Positions 26,431 to 42,197 of a stretch of 64,000 nt of DNA are shown one piece after another. The position numbers and the translations under genes are program-made. The stretch covers positions 44,826,001 through 44,890,000 of the forward strand of contig CM060734.1 of NCBI GenBank assembly GCA_030704615.1, written 5' to 3'. Every line of letters starts with the position of its first letter. The first letter of the stretch is position 1. This DNA is from Takakia lepidozioides. Its lineage: Eukaryota; Plantae; Bryophyta. The notes under the pieces are model-generated. The model ran no database searches, was not told the DNA's origin, and saw only the letters and a program-made list of their open reading frames with translations.

Positions 26431-27841
26431 TTTTTGACCATATCGCAAGACCAAGTGGAGCGCCTCCACCACAGGTATCGGCAACAAAAATGGTAAAAGC
26501 GAGCTCCTGAAAGTAAATGGGATTCGGAGTGTGGAAGCAACGATCCAGGAACGATGCAACAAATCGACAGGGAAAACAGAATGGACTACAGGCGCGTGCA
26601 ACAGTGCTGCAGGAAGAAAGACAGTATGTACAGTGAAACCCTAAAGCAAAAACGACGAAAGATTTGAACCTCCCCGCCACCCCGGGGATGCCATACAAAT
26701 TACCAGAGAATCTGAAGCGAAGGCCAATAACAACAACGACAACATGAAATAATAACAATAAAATCTCTGAATGCGTACACTCGGGAGGCTGCTTCGTTTA
26801 ACCCCGACAAAGGTGTACAGCAGAAACATGGGGGACAGGAGAGCAAGTACTTACAGATGACACCAACCTAATCCTTTGCATGGAAAGAACGTCCCACTTG
26901 TTTCTGCAGATTCTCCTCCACAGACTGAGGGCGGGGTCGATATGAAGAATACAGAAGCGTTCAAGCGACAGGAATAGTGCCTGAAAACGAGTGGACGTCA
27001 ATAGTGAAGAGTGAAGCAAAACGTCTCGCATGCGAAGTATCCCCGTCCGCTTGAGTGCACGCACCTGTCAACCCCATTGGAAAGTCCCAGGGACAACTGA
27101 ATGTCTATGCTATGATTGCGCTCTAGGACGGTGCGTCTATGACGAGGCATTCATGGGGCATGCATGATGCATGTGTACAGTACTATAATACAGTTCAATA
27201 CACTATTGACACTGCTGAGATTGTATGACAGTGTTATGGCGAGGGATGGACCCGGCACGGGAGGGGGGGGGTGGAGGGGTTGGGGGGCGGCAGGCGCGGC
27301 GACCGTGGGCCACGACGGCACCGCGAGGGGGGTGCGGGGCGGAGGGCGGAGGTGGGGCCACGCAGGCAGGCCGGCTGAGGGAGCATTGAACTCCCGGGCC
27401 TCATTTATCACTTGCCATGTGCATTACTAGAGCCTGCAGGGGGAGGTCACGGCCCCTCTCACCGCAGTGGACCAGCTTGAACAGTGGACCAGCTTGAAAG
27501 GACTGCGACAGACCCAGCAGCAGCTACCCTTAGAGGTGCTCCCATGCTCCCACCATTCACACGACCCTTCACGTGGGCCCAGCCACAGGCACAAGTGTGC
27601 ACATTGTGAGCAGCATTAATACACATGGATAGAGCCGAAACGCGGTTCATTGAAATAGCTAAAAAACATTATAGACTTTACATTAAAGGTATTGAATCAG
27701 TCAAATACATTTGCACTACACTTGCTTGCTGCCTTCCATCATCTGCAGACATTAGGTGACTCCCAAAGACGGAAGAATACTTGCTTTTATGCTTTGCATG
27801 GCCCCTAAGCTTTCTCTATATCCTGTTTCAAGCCTATTCCC

Positions 27842-30418
<2,577 letters not shown>

Positions 30419-31297
30419 CCTCTCCGCAGCAGCAATCTGTGTCTACTTGGATTAGTGCAAAAGAGACCGAGAGCAATGTCTATCAACAATCAGACAGCGC
30501 TGTGGAATTACCCTTTCAGAACGAGCAAGAGTGAAGAGAAGAGAGAAGAGAACCAGGGAGGTCGGCCACGGAAGAAGATCCCACCCGGTATTACCTCAGG
30601 TGGGTGACACCCGCGTCAGTGCCTCCACCCGGCCGTGCCGGGGGTCACCCGGTGCACCCCTCATGTGAAATTTCCTCTTAGTGCATTCTGGACAAGTTGC
30701 CATGTGAGATACATTCTCAATCTAAATGAGTTCATGGAAGAGATAGAAGAGTTTTCAAGCTTTTTGCAAGGAAGGCACAATAGCAATAGCATATCTGGAT
30801 GTCGAAGGTCGATGTGCTAATCTGCAGGAAGCCATCTGACTTTGTTCCAGGGCCGAGCACTGAGGTATGGTGTCGATTCTTATCAAGGATCCGGCCCGCG
30901 GCTCAGGGGCAACTGTTCGTACTCTTGATGGATCCCACTTTCCAATTAGAGCACAGTATTTTGATACAGTAAGCTCACCTGCAACATTAGGCTTCTTAGA
31001 TGAATTCAAAAAATGACAAATCCTGTTCATCTATACTATCCCTTTGTATCCTCTCAGTCCTGTACAAACCAATGTAGAATTTGGGTCTTTGACAGACTTT
31101 ATTGACATCGATGTTGCAGGCATGCACTGCAAATTGGTGGATAGTACCAAACAGTAATCTTCTTAATGTGCATGCCTGTTTCCATGAAGTAACACACTAA
31201 CCCAAACCACTAACCTCTCTATGGCAAACACAGCACGTAAAGTGCTGCCATTGCTACGGGTTCCTACTTTGTATATCATGAATGATCATCCCTCGCT

Positions 31298-34200
31298 CTA
31301 GCTTCCCCGATAAGTGGTGAAAGAAAACGGAGATAATAAAATGGGCACATGAAAATGCTCTGTTACTTGCGAAGGCTTCACCTCAAATACCACCATGACG
31401 TAAGGGTAAAATCCACCACTGCCGTCTTGTCCTCCAAGCCCACTTTGCGTTCTTACGAAGTATGCACCTGTGTTAAATGTCAATCGGTATCTACCAGGTC
31501 GAATCTGGTTAGATGCTGGCATTAATGGCCCAGCGCGTCCATCATTGTTTGTGACAGACTTACCAACAGGAGCCCAAACACCATGGGCCTCTGCATTCAC
31601 TTCAAGCGCAGGTGATGACGTCTCTGTCCACCAGTGGAGTGAAATGTCAATCCCAGACCCAGGTCTCCCAAGGGCAACATCCAGGACATGAGTTGTTATA
31701 GGTGGGCGGAGGCTGGGGGAAATTGTCGTAGCTACACCCTTGTCTGCTAGTGATCCTGAGTCTCCCAGATTGCAGGTTGCATCACCTGAGCTTGTGATGT
31801 GTCCATCAATCTGCATCATCCGGCGATCGGCGACCTGTGAACCTGCAGCACCAAAAAACATCGGAGATGTTTATCACTTTGAAAACAAAGGTGACGACCA
31901 CATTTGAAACAGAGGAGAATCACAGCCACAATCCATAGAGACACACAATGATCTCTCTAATCCGATAATCTTAGAAATCCGATAATCAGATGCCTCTTCA
32001 CAAGCATCAACCAGTCTGTCACTTGACTGCTTTTCAATAAGCTTGAGATATTCACGTACGAAAGCTCGTTTACCTGAATCCTGGGATAAATTCCTGCATT
32101 GTCTTTTTCTTGAGGAATTGTCACTGCAGCCTGCCTTCCATGATCGTAGTTGGCACCTAATCTAATCTCCTCATGCTAAATCTCTTGAATCCATTCAAGT
32201 CACGGTGCTCAAAGAAAGTATATCAGCTTGTACTAGAATAGGTCATGTGGCTGTTTTTGTGGCGAGTTTGGCATACCCCCCTTAGCTCTTGAAATGATAA
32301 CGTCAAGGTCAGATGGTCGGGTCAGCTGAATCGCATACCTAATACCAGATACTCTAAGATAATCTACGCCATTTCTTGGAAGCAAGACCATCCTGTTACA
32401 CTGGCTAAGTCTTCGCGGAAAAGGGTATCAAGTATCTGAATATTAGTCCAGAAGAATTGACCCTATAGGATGAAGCTGGCCTGGAAGGGGTTGTCCAAAG
32501 CCATATCTGATGCCCAACGACTGTCGATGAAAATGAAGTTAGGCATAAAGCTCCCCTGAACTTGTTTCCAGTCTGTTACATGGGCAAGGACCTTAAGGAT
32601 GAAGGGCCTACCTACCCTCAGCACCAGACTGAAATTTAAACTCAAGGCGGGTAGCTTACCTTTGAACAATGAATGCAGGGAGGAAAAGGAGATTGTAATT
32701 GCCTGATGTGCGAGCAACCTGAAGACAATATCCATTTTCTGATACATTGTCCAGGGTTTTCTCACCAGAGAGTGACCCTCTTCAGGAATATGGTTCCTGC
32801 ACCTCTGTTCACCAGATTGATGCTTGTGTGAAGGGGTTTCTAGAGAAAATCTGGAAAGCCTAATCTAATTGTTTATATCAAGGTAACTCACACAACTGGA
32901 GTGAGCCCCTCACGAAGTAGTGCCTACTTGCTATGTTTCCATCCAAACTGGGCAGGGTCAATGGCCACATGAGTATATTCTAATCTCCTCATGTTGACCT
33001 CTGTTCTGCTACCAGATGAACCTGCCAAAGCTCCAGAAATGGCTGGAAGCAACCTAATGGAGAGCTGGTGTAAAACAAGAGCTATAAAATCTGTCAGTGA
33101 TGACCAGTGAGACCCTCAGATGGAAGGTAAAGAATCAGACCAGTTGTATATCTTGAATTGCCAGGAGGATGCATGGACAGAAGCTTGGCAAGGCGGAGCT
33201 CTGTTATCTTCTGTTGTTCAGCTGCTGCCACTTGCAGCTCCATAATAGGGCGGTTGGTGAAGCGTGCCTGTAAGAATATACGCCACAAGAATATGAATCT
33301 CATCAGTAAGAAACGGCTTAAACATACTGTCAACACTGAAACATTGCCACCTGCCTCTTCTCTCTTTTGCTCTTGATACTGATGCCCTGGTACATACTGT
33401 TTTGAAGAAGATCTGGAAGAGATCTCAATCTTGGAGATAGGTTGAACCCATACAACTGCTAAGCAACTAGTCCTCAACACCTGCAAGTTAGAGCTGAATG
33501 CTAGGGTTCATGGTCTTTGTGGGTTCAGGGTCTGAGAGGCCTTTATAAGCCTTTAAACTAAGGTTTTAATTCCACCCATCCACTTATGGTCTTACCTCCT
33601 GGCATGCCAAATTATGGAACTTACTCCAACCTATGAGGTGTTCCAATTTGTCCCTTCACTCCTGCCCCTTCCCCTCCCTTGTTCATGCCATTGGAAACCA
33701 AACCCCTGTAGCCTAATTATCAGATCACTCGGGTAATTTTGGGCCGAGTGCTATAGCAAGGGAAGTTAACCTCTATAACCAGCTCATGAGGCTTAGCATC
33801 CCCTGGAATGTGATTTTTTCCCAGTGGGCTGTCAATGAAACATCTTCCCCTCTTTGTAATGAGAAAGAATACAGAGGGTATTCAGACATATATTGCTTTG
33901 TGAAGGCAGTATGGGAAATATCTGGAAGGATCAGACATAATCTCATCTACAAAGGCAGTTCCCAGTATAACTCAGCATTCAGCCATGTGCTTTAGGCATA
34001 CTGCACATATCAGGTGTACATCTTCCTCCTCTCTCTGTATACAGTTCAAGTGCTGATAAATAACATACTGGAGATTCGTGACATGACATGCCTTAATAAT
34101 GTCCAAAATCTCTCTGCTGCTTTTTCCTGTTGCACAAATGAGGAAGATGAACCCAAACTTGGCTTCATATTGACGATTCCACTCCGCTAGTTCCTATCAC

Positions 34201-35919
34201 GGGCAATCCCACCAATGCAGAACCCATGGACAACCAAGTTGTGTATTAGTTCCAGTCAGTTTATGAATGCTTCAAGAAATGGCATGATGAAAATCAGAGA
34301 TAAAGAGCCAGGAAAAATGCCATGAATGAATCTCATTAGGCCAAAATGGACAGTCAAATGACCATGAGAAAGTTCAATAGTACATTGAAGACAATATACA
34401 TTGAAAAGTCCAAAAGAAGCAGCAGGTGATGATAGTAGATATGCTAAGATTGAAGTCTTACAAGGTATGCTTCCATTCAAGGCATGTAGCCACAACTTCA
34501 GTCTCAACTCTTAGCTACTGGAGAAAGTCACAAACGATGAGATATCTGCCTGCATTTTAGGTCCTTTTGTTGCATTTAGTCATCTGATAATAATCTGATG
34601 TAGATGCTCCCCTAGCTTGATAGTCTGTTATGGGAGAATATTACCCCTGGGGTATTGGAAGTTTTGATGATTCTGAATTGCTACTTGAATGCTGCCACAA
34701 TTTTCACCCAAGGCGGCCTCCAGAGCATTCAAGTGCCTTTTCCATGTGTACATGTTTGTGGCAATATCTTGTGACATAATCTGGTCAGATTATTGCTCTC
34801 TTCAGTTCATGATCGATCACAGGTAATTTGAATTGGGGAAGAGGACCTTGGAGGGAGTGGTTGTGGATGTACAGTGCTCGCAATAATCATCAAAATGGAG
34901 AAATAAAATACCTGCAGAATGTGCTCGGTAGAGCTGTTCAAAGCTGTCGCCTGCTCATCCTCGCAAAAGCTGCTGAAATGATCAAACCCTGACTGTTATC
35001 AATGATTCTTGTTTGCCTCCACAACTCTATCTTCATCTGCGTAGACATTTCCGTTGACGCACCAACACAATTAACTCACGTATTCTCGACAATCAGGACA
35101 TCAACAGACGATCAATGAAAGAGGACCTTAGTGGCTGGTCCCATTGAATTTTCGCTGTATGATACTAACCTTTCGCCAGTAATGAGATTGTCCCACCGGC
35201 TAAAATTCAGCTCTACAATTGCGTTAAGGTGACAGTAGAGTTAATTTAAGGGTGGCACTGTCATATACCGACCCCAAAAGCGTGATGTTCATAGGGGCAT
35301 CGATACCCTGAAGCTGCACAGACGTGGCTGCTGGATTGCATTGCCAATCAGAGGGACAGAGAGACAGACAGAAGGAGGTCAGTGCACAGAAGGTCCGCTG
35401 TCTCACTCAGATTCAGACGTAAACTTGGTTCGTAACGCTTCTATATCACCGATCCGTGGATGTGCTGCGAACGCTTCCAGCCATCCTGGAATGTCCACCT
35501 GATATCCCACCGTTCCCCAAGTTATCAAATCAGACCAGTGACTGTGAGAGTCTGTGGCTATAGACTCGGTCTCATAAGTCCTTTCGTCTCATTAATCTTT
35601 CCTCGACACACTGCTGGTATCCCCAGGATACGAACAGCTTCAGAATACTGATCAGAAGGAAAATTGTGCTTCAAAATCGATCGCCCTTTGTCTGAATCCT
35701 GGACATCATCTAACAACCCCAACCCAGTAAGATTGGAGACATCAGAAGAGTGGCAAGGGGGGAAGAGGAGGGAATGGACACCTTATTCCACCATATGTGG
35801 TGGGCCGTCTCCACCGCGAGAGAGAGGGAGGAGAACGGTCCTACCCGGGCCATCTCTGTGGCGAATTTAGTGCTTCCACAGCAGCCCAAGAAGTCCTGCA
35901 TTGTTATGTGGTGCGCCAT
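31298..35919 (-). CDS. TTL: Bifunctional OHCU decarboxylase / 5-hydroxyisourate hydrolase (transthyretin-like, allantoin synthase); exons ~35919-35782, 35498-35407, ~34973-34912, 34193-34092, 33267-33141, 31842-31298
   Basis: FLGCCGSTKFA, WLEAFAAHPRIG, YEAKFGFIFLICA, EQQKITELRL, PITTHVLD, HFHVPILLSPFSFTTYRGS (YRGS signature). Confidence 0.95.
32176..32978 (+). mobile_element. 5'-truncated LINE (ORF2 C-terminus plus 3' UTR) in TTL intron 5 with 15-bp TSD
   Basis: TSD tctaatctcctcatg at 32161-32175 and 32979-32993. Encodes GEFGIPPL, KFKLKAGSLPL and CEQPEDNIHFLIHCP (CCHC finger). Confidence 0.85.
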
Positions 35920-36856
35920 CTCTGCTTGCTCACTGTCCTGACAAAGAAAAGAAGAGTGATGACAGCAGCTATCCTCTCACCACTAAATGGTCCCACTTTC
36001 ACAACATGGGTGAATACTCTATGCAGCATTCATCCTGATCCAGTGGTCGTGAACGTCGCCATACTTGCGTTGGTTTTCATCTACCTTCGTGAGAGAGCAG
36101 GAAACCCAGGTAAAGTAAGTCTGTTAACATGGCAATCAGCAATGCTCTGAGATTTGCGATATACCCATTCACCAAACCGTGCTGAACTGCGTTTGTTATA
36201 ACTAACTCGAGTCCCACTTGTCTTCCATAGTTCAGTAAGGTCTGTTTCCCTCGGAAGAGAATTGAAGCGGAGGATAAGTAGCATGGGATAAGACCTGGAA
36301 TTTTCGGAGTGGACATTGTGGAAGGAGAAGCTCTAGCTCAACAAGGTGAGGGTGGAGAGTCAGTGCTTTGGGTCTTCATCCCAATCGATGTCCAACGGCA
36401 AGTTATTCTACTTGTTGTCTGGCTTTTGCAAAAGAACTGAAGAATGTGTGTCAATAGATCACTAAGCAGATCTGAAGAATTTCATGGGGCATTAACATGA
36501 ACCGCCGGCTTTCAGGGATCGTGAACTTGGAAGAATCCTACATATACATATGTATATCATATTCGAACAAAGTGGCAACTTACTTGCATGGAGTGGTGAC
36601 TCTTCTTGTGCCATAGGTGGTTACAGAACCCCCTGCAGAGGAACACAAGAGACGCACAAAGCTAACACCGACAGAACATTCTAGCAGAGGTCTACGGCAG
36701 ACCTGTGCTCCAACCTCAAGTAGGTCAGTGGCAAAGGAAGAGCGAGAAAATTGTCTTTTGAGCCTCCAATTTTCCACCCAGGAGACATTTATATCTTCTT
36801 CCACTTTTCATAATTTTGCAGCACGACAGGGCACCTAAGCAAATCCGTAGTGTAAA

Positions 36857-39800
36857 ATGACGATGGAAAGAGAGCACCACAGGGCCTCGCCACCAGAATG
36901 CGGGGCCTCGGATGCCGAAGTGGAGAGTGTGATGAAGCTACTGATGGCATACCAAAAAGCACACAGCGAAGGAGTTGCACCTGAAAATCCAGAACTCGAG
37001 GTATATCTTCCATGTGTGCAGGCCTCTTTCGTTGCTTTATAGTTATAACAGGAGCTCACTTTAGGCTCATACAGTGGACTTTGGGACACATAATGCTTAC
37101 TTCACTCAGCCAAATGTATCACAGATCTATGGGGTGTTAGTTCAAATTGACACACAGCGAGTAGCTGGTAATTAGAGGTAACTGCTTGTATTTTGGAGGC
37201 TCATTCTGTATTCTTGGGGGGACAGTGAAAAATCAGAGCAGAAAACATAGTGAAAAATCCTTCATTTTGCCATAGTGATTTGAGTTGAGGGACTTGGTGG
37301 GTTGGGACAGGCATTATTGTCAACAATGAAGACAAATGCTTCACTGGATGAGAATATCACCCTTCCATCTGAAGGCACCATCCCAGAAGAGGTGCCCACC
37401 AGTGAGGAAATCTTGCCCAAAGCTTTCTTTGTCGTGAAGACTACCAATGAGAAGAAACAGAAAGTATTCATCAATGTTTGCGGGTCTCATAAGGTAGTGG
37501 AAGGGTCCCTCGTTTGATAGCATGTTACACTGTTTACGTTATCTATTTGCACTTGTTCTTTCCCCTGGAAAGCTAGGTACAGACAATAATTCGACTGAAT
37601 TGATTGTGAACTGTTTTCATACCTCCAACAAGAGCAACTCAAACTTTCTCTTGATGTACCCTTCTCACTCTCTATGTCGCAACCAGCGTCCCTCCCCAAT
37701 ATCACATCCATTTGAGACAAAGTAGAGAAAGCCCAGTCCCAGAACAGGAATGTAATTGGCCTGTGACAGTTCCAGATGGAGATTGTCAGCCCCTGGGCAG
37801 ATAGCATCTCCTAGTCGACAGTGGGAAAAATGTGATGGCCAGGCATGGCCGTTACATCTATCCACATCCTACATAATATTGTTTCGTCTGGACAGCTTGC
37901 AAGTATGCAGAAATGTTACCACTAATTCACACTTTCATGACCCAGATTGGCGTGCCAGACTATGGTGACAATGCTCCAACACAAATTGATGAGCTGATGG
38001 CAAGTTTTGAGAATGCTGGCAGTAATGAAGGATCCACAACACCGGATGTACGATTCCCGCTTAGCTGCTTGGCACCTGTCACCTCCAATGACAAAAGTTG
38101 GGCTCTCCCACTTTTTATTTACTGGTCCTTTAGAATCATGCTATTGTTGCTATTGTGTGCTTGCAAATCTTACTTTAAGAGAAAAATGGAAGTTAAAGGA
38201 ATGAAATGATACTTCATAATCCACGGAAAGCTCAAAGAGCTTAGGTAACAAGACAAAACAGGAAGCAAGAAGGAGAGTGGGCTGGCTCTCAGCAGGAAGA
38301 AAGAAAGAAAATGAAAGGAAGTTTCTAACATCCACAGAGGCCCCTGAAGGCCCAGGGACAAATTGCTTTCAGAGAAAGAAAGAAATGACCTATCATCCAC
38401 AGAGGGCCACAAGGGTTCATAAGATAGAGTGAAAGGAAGGAAATTTGATTTCCACAAAGACAGTGCTGTGGAACTAATGCTGGTTTGCTCATTGCAGAAG
38501 GAAATCCCTGTTGGGTGTATGACGTGTGCTATAATCGAACAGTTGTTGAGAATGCCATGACTATAAAGAGATTGAAACTTTTCTTAATTGACATGGCACT
38601 CACCTGGCTCAGTCAAAAATACAAAACTCAGCTGAGCTCTGGTAAGTTTTGAATTAGCATGTGGAGTATGCTGAGATTTTAGTGTATATATCCATTGGAC
38701 TTCGGGAAGGGGCATGAGGGACTGGTGGGAGAGAGGGAAAAGAATGGGGCCAACACCATTCCTGGAGACTGACGTGTGTAAAGTTGCTTTTGCCCTTCCG
38801 GGCAGGCTCTTTACTAAAGCATCAATTAAAATGGGGAAGTTCTGCCCAGAATTCAGAAGCAGAGCATTGTCTCAAAAGCCTCAAACTGGCAAAGTCAAAT
38901 GGTTCCCAGTGAAACAAGATGCAATGGAGCTGATAGTCATACTGAAGAGTATATAGGTGATTCTTAGGAATAAATGATGTAAGACAATAACTAAGACTTG
39001 CACTGTGTGCTCGGTCCGCTTCATTACCTCTCTGTAATCTGTTTTTTGTTGGACAGATTTTAAGCTACCCAATGCCAAATACAAAGGCAAAGAAGTTGGC
39101 TGGCATGTCATCCGAGTGGACCCATCCAAGGGACCCCTAGTAACTGAAATTGCTGGTAAGTTCCTCGTGAAATTATCAGAGTCAGAAACTACTTTTGTTC
39201 TTGTTTGACAGGTTCTTGCATGGGTTTACTCACCTTTCATCATTTTTCTGTTCCTTTGTGCTAGCATCGCAAAGCAAGCACAGCGGCAGAAATGATGTAA
39301 AATCATTATTTAGGTGATGGGAACACTAGCAAGTGGGACATTAAACTGGATGCTTTCTGCTTGTATGCTAACTTCCTTGTGCTTTCTTTGTGGGGCCTTG
39401 AAGACAGTCAAGATGTGGACCCATCATTTCCATTAATAGCACAGAGCAAAACTCGAGAGAAAACAACCACAATTCCATCTGTTGGAGCTCTTTCGTCTTT
39501 CAACATACCCCACAGCAACTCACAGGAGGATATATGGTCTACTTCTACAAGAGAACATGATGGCTCGTTTCCTCAAGCTGACGTGGCACATGCTATATCA
39601 TCAAATATTGAAGTACCCCTTGCTACATCATCCCAGATTGCCCAATACACAACCCCACAGGACCAACCCATATCCATCCCCTATGATTTTGATTTTACCA
39701 AACCTCCCATTGAAACAAATGAGCAAGTAATAGTAATGAACTCGTTGTGCAAAGGTATCGGGGCTTTTCATGCGGTGGGAGGAATGATGCAACATCTGAC

Positions 39801-42077
39801 AGTTCTCCACCTTAAGATATGGCTGAACTAAAAATTTCACTCAAAGTGGAGAAGTTGGATGGATAGTGCTGATACACTCAAACATGGACAGTTTCTTGCA
39901 GCACCATAACCCCTATGGAGTGTGCATATTTTAATTCCGTACTAGTTCCAGCAGAAATAAACATTTGAGGCATTCTGTGTCCATGAATCCAAGTCTTTCC
40001 TGGAATCATGTCTTGACTGATGGCAAGATAACAACCATTACATGATACATGCACAAATCCCACAAACTGTTTCCGAGCCTTGGCTTCCATCTGGCATAGC
40101 GCTGGAGCTGAATTCAGCACCTCCCTCAAGCCTCTTGCATGATCCAGATCCTCGCAGTGCAACTCTGTCACAGCGTATGACAGAATTTCAGTCCAAAAAG
40201 GTGAAGGAAAAACCTCTGGATCTCCAACAGACTACAATCATGGAAGCAGCTGAACCTCCAGAAGTTTTTGAGGACAAAGGCCAAAGTCCGCAGGTTGAAA
40301 CACAGTACACTGGTTGTCCAGTTGTCACCATCACTGTTCTCATCACATTTCCCTCTGGGCATGTAAGTTAGCTCTTCGCATTACTCCTCTAGTTCTCATG
40401 CATGCCGGTGCATTCTAAACATACGACTTTTTATGTGTGGATGATACTCCTCTGGGTTTTGCTTCAAGTTGTCTTGCCAACTTAGGGCACAACATAGAAA
40501 CATAAGACAACTTCCACTGCTACCATAAATCCATTCTAATAGATGGAGACTGAAGTTGTTCATAACTCTGCCCCCACCCCATACAGAAAAGTACAAAAAG
40601 GACCCACACAACACCAACCCACCTCAGAGGAGACGGGGAAGAACAACAGAGGCAGAGAGCTGTGCATAATTTATACGGCCAGAATTAAGCATGAGTCAGA
40701 GTGAAATTTTGTAGGTTAAACTGCACAAATGGTTGAGACTTTGGATACCAATCGTTGGCAGGTCACTGTGGAAGACTTGGTGGTGCTTGCTACAGCTACA
40801 GATATTTTTGTGGAGGCCAAGACCTATGATCCTCTTAAGGTGAGTACCCAAACAAATTACAGCTACAATTTCTCGTAGAATCATCTCCCATTCATCCTTA
40901 GATGAAATGAATAAGTTTTTGTGGTAGTTACCAAAAAATCAGTACTGTAGTGACAGATCTGAGTTGCCCACCATGGCACTGAATTGCACACATCTATGTC
41001 AGAGCCAGAGAGAGCTAGACAGTAAGGGACGGAATGTCATGGTTTGATACTTTACCACTAAAACACATGTTATACCCTTGCACCCAAGAACCCCAGGTTA
41101 AAAACCCCTCTGATTGGATAACAGTCAGTATGGAACTGCAAGAAGCCTCCCAAGTCAATGACATCCCAATCACAAGATTGAGCTTCATCTTAGCACTCGA
41201 AGAACACAAATGTGAGATTTAGATTGCGAGTGGAATTATTGAAAAGAATCCCAGTGGTGATATACTCAAAAGACTGCCGTAACAGAATACCCATAAGACG
41301 TTTGCTGCCTTGTGGCCACTGCTGTAACACATGTTATGTCCCCAAAGGCCCAAAGGGCCCATGGACACACTAGAAACACAAAACCAGAGAACAAATTAAA
41401 CCAAAACGTTGCAGAGAGAGAGAGAGAGGTTGGATACAAACCTTCTATGGGTTGATATGGATAGCAGGTGCCTCTTCTCTTCTGCGTGTCACCGACAGCA
41501 GTGCAAGTTACTTTCAACAAAACTCTAGGGATTCTCACCTTAGAGTTACCATTTTTGTCATATGCTAAAGCTCTAAACAACAGTACCCCTTGACCTCCTC
41601 ACCCCTCCTCTACTTCAGTCCTCCTGCTCAGGGAACAAAGATCAGGACTGCTAAAATACAGCTGAAAACTGAATTGTTAGTGAACAGTCCGATATCAGCT
41701 CTTGCCTTTCCCGCAAATTGGATCAAAAGCAAAGTTCAACATTTTACTAATGCACTAACTCTTGTATGAGCACAAAATTGGCTGTATCTATTGGTACAAG
41801 TGGTGGACAGAACCTACAATTTCGTGTTGGGACAACAAAGAATAAGTATGCAATCCTACACAATGATTTCTCCTGTACGTCTATCAGTCACATTTCAAAA
41901 ATAGAAAAACAGACCCAGCTTTTTGCTCAAAAAACTGCCCTTCTTGGCATTATACATCTGAAGGTTGGCAGGCACCTGGATTTCAATCTATCGGTAAATG
42001 AAAGTCGTCAAGTGGTCCAAGACCTGGTTTATAGCATAGTTGACCTGGATAAGGCCAAATTGAAGTCCAAACTATAA
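36857..42077 (+). CDS. PIH1-domain protein; exons ~36857-37000, 37311-37493, 37946-38096, 38498-38641, 39057-39155, 39404-39754, 40028-40362, 40762-40839; 3' exons uncertain (41096-41211, ~41972-42077)
   Basis: PKAFFVVKT...KVFINVC, RFPLSC..P...DKKGNPCWVYDVCYN and FKLPNAKYKG are PIH1_N motifs. Consistent GT-AG phases through 40839. Confidence 0.82.
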
Positions 42078-42197
42078 TTGAGATGCTACAGGAGTCTGCC
42101 TAAGAGGGGCTTTCTTTGTACATGCCAAAAGCAACCCGTGGAAAATGCCTGGGACTTTCAAAGTTCCAGTGATGGTGACACTGGACTTTGATGTTCA

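Noticed and set aside
27220-27430. GC-rich Gly/Pro ORFs or a Helitron 3' end at CTAG (~27430)
   Set aside because: Low-complexity ORFs on both strands; no clear hairpin, and CTAG is not followed by T.
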